64,000 nucleotides of DNA from Amoebophrya sp. A120 (taxonomy: Eukaryota > Protista > Dinoflagellata), in assembly GCA_905178155.1 (NCBI GenBank), contig CAJINV010000014.1, positions 1,026,116-1,090,115 of the forward strand, written 5' to 3'. The translations under genes were made by a program, and so were the position numbers. Of the stretch, positions 12,301-23,300 are shown in pieces; positions within the stretch are counted from its first letter, which is position 1, and each line of letters starts with the position of its first letter. A model generated the notes under the pieces. It worked only from the letters and a program-made list of their open reading frames with translations, was not told the DNA's origin and did no database searches.

Positions 12301-13612
12301 AAGTAAGGAGTTGCCGCAATTTCTTTTCCTTGAAGATGCATGTCATTTCTTATCCCAAAAACGGTTCCCATTTCGGCAGCAAACGACGCGAATTCAGATA
12401 GCGGCGAAACCGATATCGGCGACTTATGCACTTGAAGGACCTCGGTCAGTCTCAACTTGAACCAGCTAAATTGGTGTCGTTTTTAATTCGTTTTTTGGTA
12501 GCAAATAAAAGTGAAGCGCAGCGGTCCCTGCAGAGATTGTGCTGCTCCGGTCCCAAAATACAAGGCCAAGCCGTCGCAGGGTCCGTCGGGCGGGACTATT
12601 TCAGACAAACTGGGAGGCCAAAAGAGTTCAGCTTCAGCCAGACACTAGCTCAGCTCCCTTACTTTTTTCAGACAAAAGTAAGGAGAAATAGCGCAGCTCC
12701 CCCGTCGCAGCTCGAGACTCGGGGGAGCAAAAACAGGGCGGATTTGGGGAAATCGTCGGAATGGTGTCAGAAGGCGCCTATACCGTCGCGATTCAGTGAC
12801 TTTCTATTAGTTTTCTTGTCCCCGGTCTGTATCGGTCGACTTGGCTCATCAAGGGGCTCGATTCAGGAGGTCTACGTAGACCTCCCCCGAGAGCCGGAAT
12901 CACACTGCTACGCTCGATCCAGATAGAGGTCATTCTGGACCATATTTCTGTTTTAAAAAGACTATGTTTGAATCGCGGCCTGCAAAAACCCAGCTTTTGA
13001 GTACCGGCCACTTGATAACTTTCCCAAATGTACAAACTTCAGCACTTCCGCTGCAATTTTCGGCGGACACGCGACGGCCCCAAGAGTGGCGCTGCAACTC
13101 CTTACTTTTTTCAGTTGGTTGATGCTTGACGATCATGCGAAATAGTGCAACTCTCCAGATTCAGACTTCCCCTTACTTTTTTCAGCCTTGGCTGAAGTAG
13201 TCCTGAACTATTTTGGCATCCCCAAAATATTTCAGACAAAATAGCTCCACTCCCCTTACCTTTTTCAGTTGGTTGGTGTCTGATCATGTGAAAGAGTTCA
13301 GCTATCTTTTGACTTTTCGCATGACAAATGCAAATTATAATCTAGCTCAAGTCGAGACTGCCTGAGCTATTTAATTTCATGCCTCTTTTGGCGATCGGAA
13401 AGACGAATAAACAAGCGAAAATCCATGACAAAAGTGGCCACATTTCGTTTCAGGTGATTTTGCAGTGCTCGCACTTCACGCGCGTGCTCCCGGACCCACT
13501 GGAAAAAGCGGAAATGGTGATTTTGCACAACGAGACGATTAATCCGGACAGTACCGAAAAGCTGGAGGTCGTACCAGTGCAAATCACCTTTCCCCCGGAA
13601 GAGGAGGACTAA
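6383..13612 (+). CDS. Putative secreted PAN/Apple-domain protein (paralog 2); exons approx. 6383-7391, 7916-9184, 9482-9561, 9897-10286, 11260-11520, 11848-12029, 13454-13612
   Basis: Strong similarity to paralog 1 throughout (DPGVREWRNVVEDFY vs DAGTREWRKTVEEYY; CAEDCRMQCTEAPGCTHWTY). Two unexplained frameshifts (~6700-6800 and the CCCCCTTTTT run near 11420) could be sequencing errors or decay. Confidence 0.7.
7392..7910. mobile_element. Introner, family B with nested insertion (519 bp), TSD ACGAG
   Basis: TIR TATTGAGAGGAAAAATCCCCCCTCCCCATAT / ATATGGGGAGGGGGGATTTTTCCTTACGATA. Removal gives SLHE|RQYLFDRL, gapless with paralog SLNEQAFVFDRL. Confidence 0.93.
9185..9476. mobile_element. Introner, diverged A-related (292 bp), TSD TCCTG/TCCTA
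   Basis: TAAGCGTCGCAAAGA / TCTTTGCAATGCATA inverted ends. Removal gives NVL|RGHRTVSRVIPPGFP, matching paralog LIGKRQRQQLIPHGFP. Confidence 0.8.
9562..9891. mobile_element. Introner, family B (330 bp), TSD AGCCG
   Basis: Family B TIRs. Removal gives EINSRLHLGFV vs paralog EIEHRLDLNFV. Confidence 0.92.
10287..11255 (+). mobile_element. Possible 5'-truncated retroelement remnant inside paralog 2
   Basis: ORF unrelated to paralog 1 (to 10929) with an RNase H C-terminus-like segment AVYSWSKGAEDENGLVSEVAAKA, then A-rich tracts. ATCC direct repeat at 10283-10286 and 11256-11259. Confidence 0.4.
11072..11245. repeat. Five spaced copies of GGCCGTCG(CGCCG)
   Basis: Copies at 11072, 11117, 11158, 11209 and 11234, with non-repetitive sequence between them. 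Confidence 0.8.
11521..11842. mobile_element. Introner, family B (322 bp), TSD CAAGA
   Basis: Family B TIRs. Removal gives DTKTIHEWNAQYG vs paralog DMTAVRAWNEHYG. Confidence 0.93.
12103..13455. mobile_element. Non-autonomous long-TIR element (~1.35 kb) within a GT-AG intron (12030-13453)
   Basis: 12103-~12280 (ACCTGAAAC...ATGAAATTAAATAGCT...CAGTCTCAACTTGAGCTAGATTAT) is an imperfect reverse complement of ~13280-13455. Internal CCTTACTTTTTTCAG repeats. No long ORF. Confidence 0.75.
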
Positions 13613-14190
13613 AGCTACTTACTTACGGGGGAACAACGAGGAGAATACCGGCGTTATTCACGACCTCTCGGGTCGTTTGGGACGAGTTGGAATTTATTAT
13701 TTCTTTGCCCTGTCCGTCTCTGTAGTGGTACGGATTGGGATTACAGGTTGATGTTCAGCTTCTTACATTTCTTTATCTTTTTTACGCTCTTGTATTGGGT
13801 GGTGATGGTGATGTTACAGTGTCTTCATGAATGTGATGCATCTTCTAGTACAACTTGTTGAAGACATGTGATTACGACTTGACATTTACTTTTTATTCAA
13901 TAGCGATATCTAAATTCAACTCTTGTTCTGGTCTGCCTACAGCAGCCATTGTACACTAGGAAAATTTGCTGGTTTTTTTGAACATAGCGTTTACAATTGT
14001 AGTTTCATGTTTTTGGAAAGAATTTTCATGAACTTGTACAGAAGTAATAGCATTGAGCTTTTTGGGTTAATGTGTGCCTCGGCGATGAAAGAAGCACTTT
14101 GATATATTTGCGTTGCATTTTTGATGTAACGCAGAAATATGCTGCATTTTTGATGTCGCAGTTACTGTTGCTTTCTCTTTAATCGTAAAC
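13463..14190 (+). repeat. Last exon plus 3' region of paralog 2, duplicated at ~15893-16610
   Basis: Near-identical sequence; both copies encode SHFTRVLPDPLEKAEMVILHNETINPDSTEKLEVVPVQITFPPEEED*. Confidence 0.9.
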
Positions 14191-14205
14191 TACGATCCAG
14201 CGCAG

Positions 14206-14787
14206 TTGCTAAATTCATTTCCACTGTCCGATCGGAGTAGAACGCCCGGGCAGCCGCCCTCCTACGATTGCGAAACGCCCCGAGGCTATATTCGCAAAGA
14301 ATACCGGCGACCGGCGGTCTTACTTTTCGTCGACAACTGCAGGGAGCTGGAGACGTTTCTGCAGCGAAAGATCGAGAACGAGTGGCGCCAGTGGGTGGAC
14401 GAGGAGGTTTTGATGAAGCAAAACACTAAAAACAAAGTGAAAAGTCTCGTCGTCCACCTGGAGCTGGGCTGTGGTGTCAGAGTGCCTTCGTGTAGGAGCG
14501 AGGGCGAAAGACTCGTGTGGGAGGTGAATGAGCTTGCTGCGAAAACGAAGAGGAAGTCGAACTCGGAAGTCGAAGTCGAAAGGACGATCATTGAGGAGGA
14601 AGAAACTCCTCGTCCTACAACTACAAAAGCCAACTTAATCCGAATCAACCCTGCAGAGCCAACTTTTGTTTTCCTGCGCAAGATTGACAATCCGCTGTTC
14701 TGGCATTTCAACGAGGATGATCTCTGCTATCGCACCATTGCGGGCCAGGAAGAGCTATGCCGAGGTAGTGTTTTCCAAACTTGTTAA
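14206..14787 (+). pseudogene. C-terminal fragment of a Sir2-family (sirtuin-like) protein
   Basis: RPAVLLFVD, VVHLELGCGVRVPSCR and LIRINP resemble sirtuin C-terminal motifs. No N-terminal GAG motif or ATG start seen. Confidence 0.6.
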
Positions 14788-14940
14788 TGCACATGACAAA
14801 TCTGGAGATGAAGTTGCAGTGGTCGCATTTCACGCGCGTGCTCCCGGAACCACTGGAAAAAGCGGAAATGGTGATTTTGCAGGCGGGGGGGCCGGAACAA
14901 ACTTTCGGGCGAAGGGATCAAGCAGCTCGTGAACACTTTG

Positions 14941-15100
14941 TATGCAATGCAAAAGTATCGTGCTAGTAGTAATTGCATTGCAAATTGCCTCAGCATGACA
15001 AATGGAATTTGTCATGCTGTTTTACCTTGAGATGGAGATTTGTAATGCATAATGATAATTGCAATTGCTACGAGTCATTGCGTTGCTTTTGCAATGCATA
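14941..15100. mobile_element. Introner, family D (160 bp), TSD CTTTG
   Basis: TATGCAATGCAAAAG / CTTTTGCAATGCATA; perfect 5-bp TSD. Confidence 0.88.
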
Positions 15101-15317
15101 CTTTGTTGTGACCGACGATTGTGAAGTTCAAATGTTTTCTCGACGTGAATGTCGACCAGGAAAACGTCCGCCAGTTGACCACCGAGGAGCTGCTGGGCGT
15201 TCTCTCCGTCCGCTTGGCCTGGCTGGCCACCAACACCGAGGATAACATTAGCAACGAACTGGCGGGGGCACACTGGCTTGTGGAGTGGAGTTTGCTGATC
15301 GATCTGATCAACTGGAA

Positions 15318-15470
15318 TATCCAAGAAAAAGCAACCATAGCCATGCAATTTGTCATGCAAAACACGCATAAACTTGAGTACTTGTCATGCAAAGAATGAC
15401 AAAGTACTCAAATTTATGCGTGCGGAAAAAATTATGGATGGGGATCATGGTTGATGTTTTTTTGTGGATA
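15318..15470. mobile_element. Introner, family E (153 bp, nearly fully palindromic), TSD TGGAA/GGGAA
   Basis: TATCCAAGAAAAA / TTTTTTTGTGGATA ends. Central hairpin CACGCATAAACTTGAGTACTTGTCAT / ATGACAAAGTACTCAAATTTATGCGTG. Confidence 0.82.
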
Positions 15471-15525
15471 GGGAAACTCTTTTTCCTCTACGACTTCTCG
15501 CGCGTGATCTTCCCGCTGCTCTTAT

Positions 15526-15657
15526 GATCCAAAAAAAATGAGACCCATATCCAGCATCCAATTTGTCAACATGCAAAACATGCAAGGTCAGACCCAGTGT
15601 AGTTTATCATGCAAAAAATGGATGGAGATGCCGATGCTGGGTCCTTTTTTGTGGATG
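15526..15657. mobile_element. Degenerate family E-like introner, TSD CTTAT/CCTGT
   Basis: GATCCAAAAAAAATGAGACCCA / TGGGTCCTTTTTTGTGGATG inverted ends; removal keeps the frame (LL-YVISD). Confidence 0.55.
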
Positions 15658-17377
15658 CCTGTACGTGATTTCCGACAGTATCAGGATCAAGCATGGCGGA
15701 GCTCCTCCTGAGGGCATTAGCGGGCGAGATGGTGAGCAAAATGAAGACAAAGTTCTCCTATGGCGTTCTCAAATGTTACATTCTCAATTATTACACGAAT
15801 TTGTGATGCAAAACCAGCAATAGGGAAAGGGGCAAGGTTGCAAGTCTAGCATGACAAATTTGGTAAAATTTTTCAGACAGCGGCAGGATGGCCAGTGCTC
15901 GCACTTCACGCGCGTGCTCCCGGACCCACTGGAAAAAGCGGAAATGGTGATTTTGCACAACGAGACGATTAATCCGGACAGTACCGAAAAGCTGGAGGTC
16001 GTGCCAGTGCAAATCACCTTTCCCCCGGAAGAGGAGGACTGAAGCTACTTCCTTACGGGGGAACAACGAGGAGAATACTGGCGTTATTCACGACCTCTCG
16101 GGTCGTTTGGGACGAGTTGGAATTATTTCTTTGCCCTGTCCGTCTCTGTAGTGGTACGGATTACAGGTTGATGTTCAGTTTTTTTTATCTTTTTTACCCA
16201 CTTTTATGGGGTGGTGATGGTGATGTTACAGTGTCTTTATGAATGTGATGCATCTTCTAGTGCAACTTGTTGACATGTGATTACGACTTGACATTTACTT
16301 TTCATTCAATAGCGATATCTAAATTCGACTCTTGTTCTGGTCTCTCTACAGCAGCCACTGTACACTAGGAAAATTTGCTGTTTTTTTTTTGAACATAGCG
16401 TTCACAATTGTAGTTTCGTGTTTTTGGAAAGAATTTTCATGATCTTAAACTTGTACAGAAGTAATAAATAGCATTGGGCTTTTTGGGTTAATGTCAGCCT
16501 CGGCGATGAAGTAAGCACTTTGATATATTTGCGTTGCATTTTTGATGTGTCGCAGAAATATGTTGCATTTTTGATGTCGCAGTTACTATTGCTTTCTCCC
16601 TAATCGTAAAGCGCGACGGATGAGCGCTCATGAATGCACTCGTCTGCTACTTCTTGCAACTGCTCAGCAACGAGAGCGCCCGCAGTAATTTTACCATCGT
16701 CGTCGTCCTTTATTCGCAGTCGTTCTCTCCCGTTGCTGTCAAAAAGCTGTCGTTCTGCTTCTGAAGTAGCAAATCGTCCTGTGTACTGAAGATCTCGTGC
16801 ATCCTTGTCCTGGTCGTTGTATGCAAAAAAAAATTTTTTGACAAGATAACATAAACCCGGTAGTTGCGGGGCAACGTTGCAACATGTTGACTCTTTTGAA
16901 AAAAAGCGCCACAGGCTAAAAGTACGTATTACCAAAATTCAAATAAGGGCGGACACTCACAACTCTCATTGCCACCCCTCTACTTTGCCACTATCCTTAT
17001 TTTCATCATAAATCGTTTTGCGGTCGTTTTCTTTTGCATTTGTTTTTCTTTTACGGTATGCTATCCCCCCCTAGAAAGACCCGGGAGGACCACTTTAAAG
17101 CAGTTTTCAAAACGAAAGATGGACTGCCTCCCGCACCTTCAAAAAAGTTGAAAAAGGAACAGACCTTCGACGGGCACCAGATCCAGACGACCGGGATGAC
17201 ATTTTTGCCATCGGACCACGATTATTTCTTTCGGGCCGCGAAGAAGCCGCGAAGAGAATAAAAAGTAGTGACTTTGTCAAAGGATAAGAGCAGGGCCAAT
17301 TTTTGAAGGGACGAGAGGGTCAAAGCAGGCAGAAGCGCAAGGCTTTATTGAAGGGACGAGAGGGTCACAGACTCACC

Positions 17378-20300
17378 ATGACAACCACGAGAATTTCCTT
17401 TTCCCGCAGTTCCAACCTCCTTCCCCCCGAGGTGGGGTTCTCGGAGTCGGAGAGCGAGGGTGACTTTTCGGAGAGTGAAGACTCGTTTTTCCTCTGCAGC
17501 TCCGCAAACAATCATAACGTCAGTGCAGCGAATGATTGCTTTCACACTGCTGCGCAGGAAGGATGCGATGGACAAGAACGGCTTAGTACCTCGGATCAAG
17601 TCTTGCTGGAGGAACTGCAGCAGGGTAGTACTGGTACTCTGCGAAGAAAGGGTGCTAGCCTGTCTGAAGACCTGGAACTCCTCGCAGAGGCAGCGTTGGC
17701 GCAGAAGAGGCGGAAGAAAGAGCAAAGGGACTTCATGGCTCGAAAGGATTCCTACGCGCACCTGCTCGATGATAACCACCCGATGTGGCAGGTGGACATG
17801 GAGGACATCTTCAAAAACGCCGATGAGTTGCTCTGTCCCCCCATGGCACGACTGCTCCGGGAAGAGCAGCGCGCGGTCAAGCACTACCAGGGAAACAAGA
17901 CGCAAGCCAGATTAGCTTCGATCGTGGAGGAGGAGACGAATTATGGGTCAAATAAGAAAAACACGAATAGTTGTAAAAGCGGGAACATCAAAACTACCAC
18001 TTCTATTCAAGCCAAATCTAGTACCGCAGCAGCCCTTTCTGCGGGGGTTCGGAAAGCACCAATGTCTACAAAGAAATGCAAAGCGAAAATCCCGCGGCTG
18101 TCTTCCATTTTACCAAGAACCGCTTTGTCCGAAGAGATGTGGGAGGCGGCTAAGAAGCAGCCCCTGTTTTACGAAGTTCTGGAGCGAGACTCTTCGGACA
18201 GCAGTTCCAGTTCGACTTCGGAGAACAGCAGCACAGAAGGCGGTAATAGCGATACAAGCAGTTGTGGTTCCGACTCCGATCGCGATCAAAGACCACGACT
18301 GGGTGCTCGCCCGCATAATTCTTCAACAGGCGGCTCATTGTCACTGTCCTCGTCGTCCTCCCATTTCGAAATCCGAACGAAGAAAGAGTTCATGCTGTTT
18401 TACGAGGAGGACACGAGGTCGAACGCAGGTTCGGAAGCGGCATCGACGAAAGGAAAAAAGAAGATCGTGAAGAAAGTCGTGAAAAAGAAGGTCGCGGTGA
18501 AAGCTACAAGTGTTGTGGAAGGAGCTGCTAGTGCAGGAGAGGTTCCTGGCGTTTCCGCAATTGGTACCGGCGCCGCAGTGGACCTTCAAGCTACGACCGT
18601 TGTTAAGGAAGGTAACACTGCCCCGGAACAAACAGGGAAAATGACCACCGAAGGAGCGGTTGAAGTAGACCCAGCAGAAGCGGCAGCAGCCCCGAAGGCG
18701 AAGAAGAAAGTCGTGGTGAAGAAGGTGGTTAAGAAAAAACCCGCTGCTGTTCCTTCCAATGACGAGGAGGTGCAACAAGTAGACAAGCGTGCAACGGTCG
18801 CACTTTCTCTACAAGCGGAGGAGGACGGGAATAAGGTGTCCGATGCTGAAGAAGACACAAACAGAGAACTCACCCCGATGGAAAAAACGCTGGACAACAT
18901 CTGGACCGCGGCGGAGGCGCAGCAGCATGTGGAACAGAAGAAGCTCCAGCAGGAGGTCGCGCGGCAGTGCAAACGGCGCGGCTTGGGACCGCGGCAAGGG
19001 GCGGCCGTATGGTCGGACATTCAGGAAGATTTGTCGAAGGAATTGTATTCCGCCGGTGGGGGAGCAGATGGAGATGAAGGCGGTTCTTTGCTCGCGGTCG
19101 AGGACGACTTCGCGTCACCGTACCACCCGTTGATTGTGTTGAAACAGGAAAAGGCGAAGCGGAAAAAGAAGATCTGGGGCAATATGCGGTCGAAGATCAA
19201 GCTCTGCGCGAACTCGTTGAAGGCCGTGGACAAGATGCTGGATCCCTGTCAGCAGCACATCGACCCGCGGATGAGCGACCGCGATTTACGGCGCCGGTTG
19301 CTTTCCATGGAAAACTGCGCGGACCTTTTTGCGAATTACAAAAACTTCTGGGTGTTCTTCACGAAGATCTACAAGGCGCTGGGCTGCAACGCGCTGTACA
19401 CCTGGCGGGTGGTGTTTGGCGAGAATTTGGTGCTGGATTTCGACACCTTTTCGGAGGGGATGGAGCGGTTCTTCTTGGACCCGTATGCGTTGAAAGAGCA
19501 AGAGAAGTCGCAAAACCGGCGGAAGCAGATGCAGGCCGACGCGGCCAAGGGGGGCGCGAGCTGCGTGGCCGCGTCGCTGTTGCAGGGGAAATCCGGGAAC
19601 TTATGCATTGCAAAAGTGTCTGGGTCTGGAAGGATGCAACTTGTGATGCTGTCTTTGGATGTCTGAAAAATTTGTGTTGCATGAGCAGCACAAGGATTCT
19701 GATTTTTGCTACGCGGAGAGGGCATTTGTCATGCGGAATAGGCATCAAGAATCCCTCAAAAAACCTGTGATGCGAGGGCATGCATTGCAGACATCATGGC
19801 TCACGCAAACCGTGCGTGACAAGTCTCAGAATCTTCCAGAGGACCCAGACGTATTTGCATTTGATAGAACGGCGCGTTGGGCAAGAGCATCAACGCGATG
19901 TCGATGTCGCGGAACGTCGGCAACGCCTCGCGGTCGCCGAACGCCGGCAACAGTCCCCTATCAAATGTAAAAATGTCTGGGTGGTCTGGAAGATTGCAAC
20001 TTGTGATGCTGTCTCTGCATTATACAAAAATCTGTATTGCATGACCAGCATGAGGGCTCGAGTTTGTGCTACATGGAGAGGGTATTTCTCATGCGGGATA
20101 GGCATGAGAAAGTGAAAGCCCGCTAAAAATCTGTGTTGCCAGGTTATGCATTACAGACGTCATGCGTCATGTAAAATCTGCATGACATCCAGACCCAGAC
20201 ATTTTTACATTTGATATCCCCCGGGGGCGGCCTACTCCATGGCCATGAACAAGTCGCAGGCGGTATCGTATTTAAAAACGTCCCCACCCCATAGTTGTGA

Positions 20301-23300
20301 TGCAAATCTGCATGCTGAAAACAAAATGTTTCTCATGCGGAGCCCCATGAGAAGCATTTTCTAGTCGTGTTTTGGAATTTGTCATGCTCCAATCAGCACG
20401 ATATACTAGCTCTGTGATGCTGCTGAACTACCTCAAACAGCACTACACTACGAGTCCAAATTTGTCATGCAAAACAGACAAAACTTGTGGACTTGTCTAG
20501 CCGATTCTCCATCTTGACTATGGTGTGGGGACGTTTTTCCTTTTGATAGGCGGGGGGTTCGGGGGTGTCCAAGTCCCAGGCGGGGAATAAGTCCTTTGGC
20601 GGGGGGCTCGGGAAAATCGCGGGCGCGGGCATGAAGAAGTTCGACAAGACCGCGTGCATGCGCAACTTCTGGTCGCAGGTGCATCTGAGCCAAACGGGGA
20701 TCGTCGCGATTAACGATGTTTTTCCCCTGGAAGGCGGGCTGTTGCTCCAGTTTATGCGGGACCTGAAAATCTACGCGCACCGACAGCAGTGGCAAACGCG
20801 GCCGGATTCCGCGGTGAACCCCTGGGCGAAGAAGCAGAAAGTTTTCTCCTGGGCGCTGCACGACCTGTTCGGACCGAGGTTTGTCCCGGACAAGAGGGGC
20901 ACGATTTTGGGAAACGCGAAGTTGAAGGAGGAACTGGAAAAAGAGTTGAAACTGAACCGGGAGAAGGAGAAAAAACTGTTGCTGCATCCGGTCGCGGAAA
21001 AATCTGTTTCGGAGATCACGAATCTGTTGAAAAAGAAGGAAAACCAAAACGAGAACAGCTCAACATCCGCATTGCTCTCCGCCGCGAAGGAGGTGGTGCA
21101 GGCCAAGGAGGTGAAGCAAGCGGCGCTGCAGTCTGCGAAATCTTTATACGACGAGCAGAAGAAACCAACGCCCGCCCAGGTGGAGGCCATGGTGAAGCAA
21201 GAAGCGAAATTCAACACCGTTTTGGCCGCCGCGGCGAAGAAGGCGGTGGAATATGATAAGCAGAAAAAACAAGACTTGGAACTGCAGGCAAAACTGAAGA
21301 AGAAAGTCGGAAATTTCTTATCCGCGCGGGCGCCCCTGCATTCGGCGTTGGACAATCACAAAGACGAGGACAACAAACCGAGCAAAGGGGGTGGTGCGGT
21401 GAAGAACTTCAAATGGAAAACGATTGGAGAGCGCTTGTCCAACGCGACCGAGGTCCCCCCCGCGAAACTTCTTGTGAAAAAGGCGAAGCAGGAGAACTGC
21501 CAACTAGTCCGGAAGATGTTGAAGGACGAGAACGGAGTGCCAACTTTGGGCGACCACGGGGAGTTCATCTACGTGTACATGAAGGGGAATAAGAGGGTCG
21601 ACGAAGCTCCTACTGGTGGTCCGAATGATGATATTCTTGGACGGCAGAAGTCATCCGATTCCGCAGCTACAGGGACACCTAAAGGAGCTCTCGCGATGAA
21701 AAAGAAACCAAAAGCAAGTGCCAAGAAAAAATTGAATCCGTTAAATGTGAAAGCCGAGGGGGAAATGGGTGTTGTCATCGACGACGGGAACAACGCTTTT
21801 GTGGGCGAGGAAGAGCTCTTGGAGGAGGGGGAGGACGAGCAGGAGGCAGCGCTCGGGTTCGCGGGGATCGAGCAGGAAGACAACACCACCAAAGTGAAAA
21901 TTGTGTTAGAAGAGGGAGATGAGAAATCTTCCGAACCAGGAGCTTTTTTCCCAGATTCATCAAAAGCACCGGGTCGGGAAGATCAGCAATTACAGAAGAC
22001 CGGTAGCCAGAAGCTTTCCATCGTTCCGATCGAGGTGCCGGATAAGAAACCTTCCGTTTTAGAAAAGTTAGCCACCATCGACTTCGACACGGATTTCGTT
22101 ACCCAAGAGACCGACGAAAACCACGTGGAGCAGGGCAAGCTGTCCACGCCCCGGGCGCATGTGGAGCACGGGCTGAAACTTTTAGCCGCGGTGGTTCACG
22201 TGCAGAAGTGCTTCCGGAAATGGATGAGCAAGACGCTGCACGCGGCGTTATTGAAAGAGGAAGAAACCAGGAAAAACCGCGAGGCGTATGTGAAAAACGT
22301 TTTAGACGGCTTGGACTTCCCCGACGCGGACAACAAAACCACGTCGGGGGAGAAGAGACACTTTCAAGACATGTTCGTCGACGAGGACGGCGCGGAGGTG
22401 CAGATGCGAGACTCCGAAATCCGGAACTACATCGCGCCGGAAGAGTACAAGAAGGCGCGGGACAACGCGAATCTGAAGCAAACCGACTTCTACAAACTGG
22501 AGGAGGGCCGGGTCGTGAATTACATCCAGCAGATCGAGAGAATGCACCCGGGCAAGATGCTCCCGGACGGGGAGGTCGCGCAGAAGCAACGGAGGAAAGA
22601 GGAGCTGAAAAAGCAGAAGGAGAAGGAAGAGCAGGAGCGGTTGGAAAGGAGGAAGCAGCGGCACAAGGATATCAAATCCAAAAATGTCTGGGTCTGGAAA
22701 AGTGGAACTTGTGATGCGTGTTGCAGATCATACAAGAATCTGTGTTGCATGACTTGCAAAAGGTGCCCTCTTCTGGCCATCCTGAGAGGGCATTTCTCAT
22801 GCAGAATAGGCATCACCAAGAGGCTGCAGAACCTGTGATGCTAGGCCCTGCATTCCAGACTTGGGGTAGCTTGGAAAAACTGCATGACAAATTTCCGAAT
22901 CTTCCAGACCCAGACATTTTTGCATTTGATAAAGGAAAAACGAGAACTAAAAGAACGGCAAGCGCGGGAACGGGTGGCCCGCGGGGGGGTTCTGGAATCC
23001 GCGAGCCTCGCGGACTTGATGGGCTTGGCGGACCGGCGGAGGGACCTGAACAGACGCGCGTGGAACGCGGATCTCTTGTCTCTAGGCGGGAAAATGCCGA
23101 GTCTAGAGGGGGAGGATTCGGACGAGGACCACCATACAGGGTCGCACTTTGTCGACGGGCATCTCCCCAGTTCGGACGAGGAACAGAAGAAGAAAGTGCG
23201 GGAAAAATACGAGAAAATGATCCAGGGTTCATCAACATCTCCCGGTACCAGCGGTGGACCCGCAGCAGCAGGAGGAGCCACAGCAGCAGCCGGAACAACT

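Larger units (their letters stand above)
14890..15700 (+). pseudogene. LRR-like gene fragment interrupted by three introners
   Basis: After removing the elements it reads NKLSGEGIKQLVNTLL*PTIVKFKCFLDV...LINWKLFFLYDFSRVIFPLLLYVISD, with one in-frame TGA at 15109. Confidence 0.45.
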
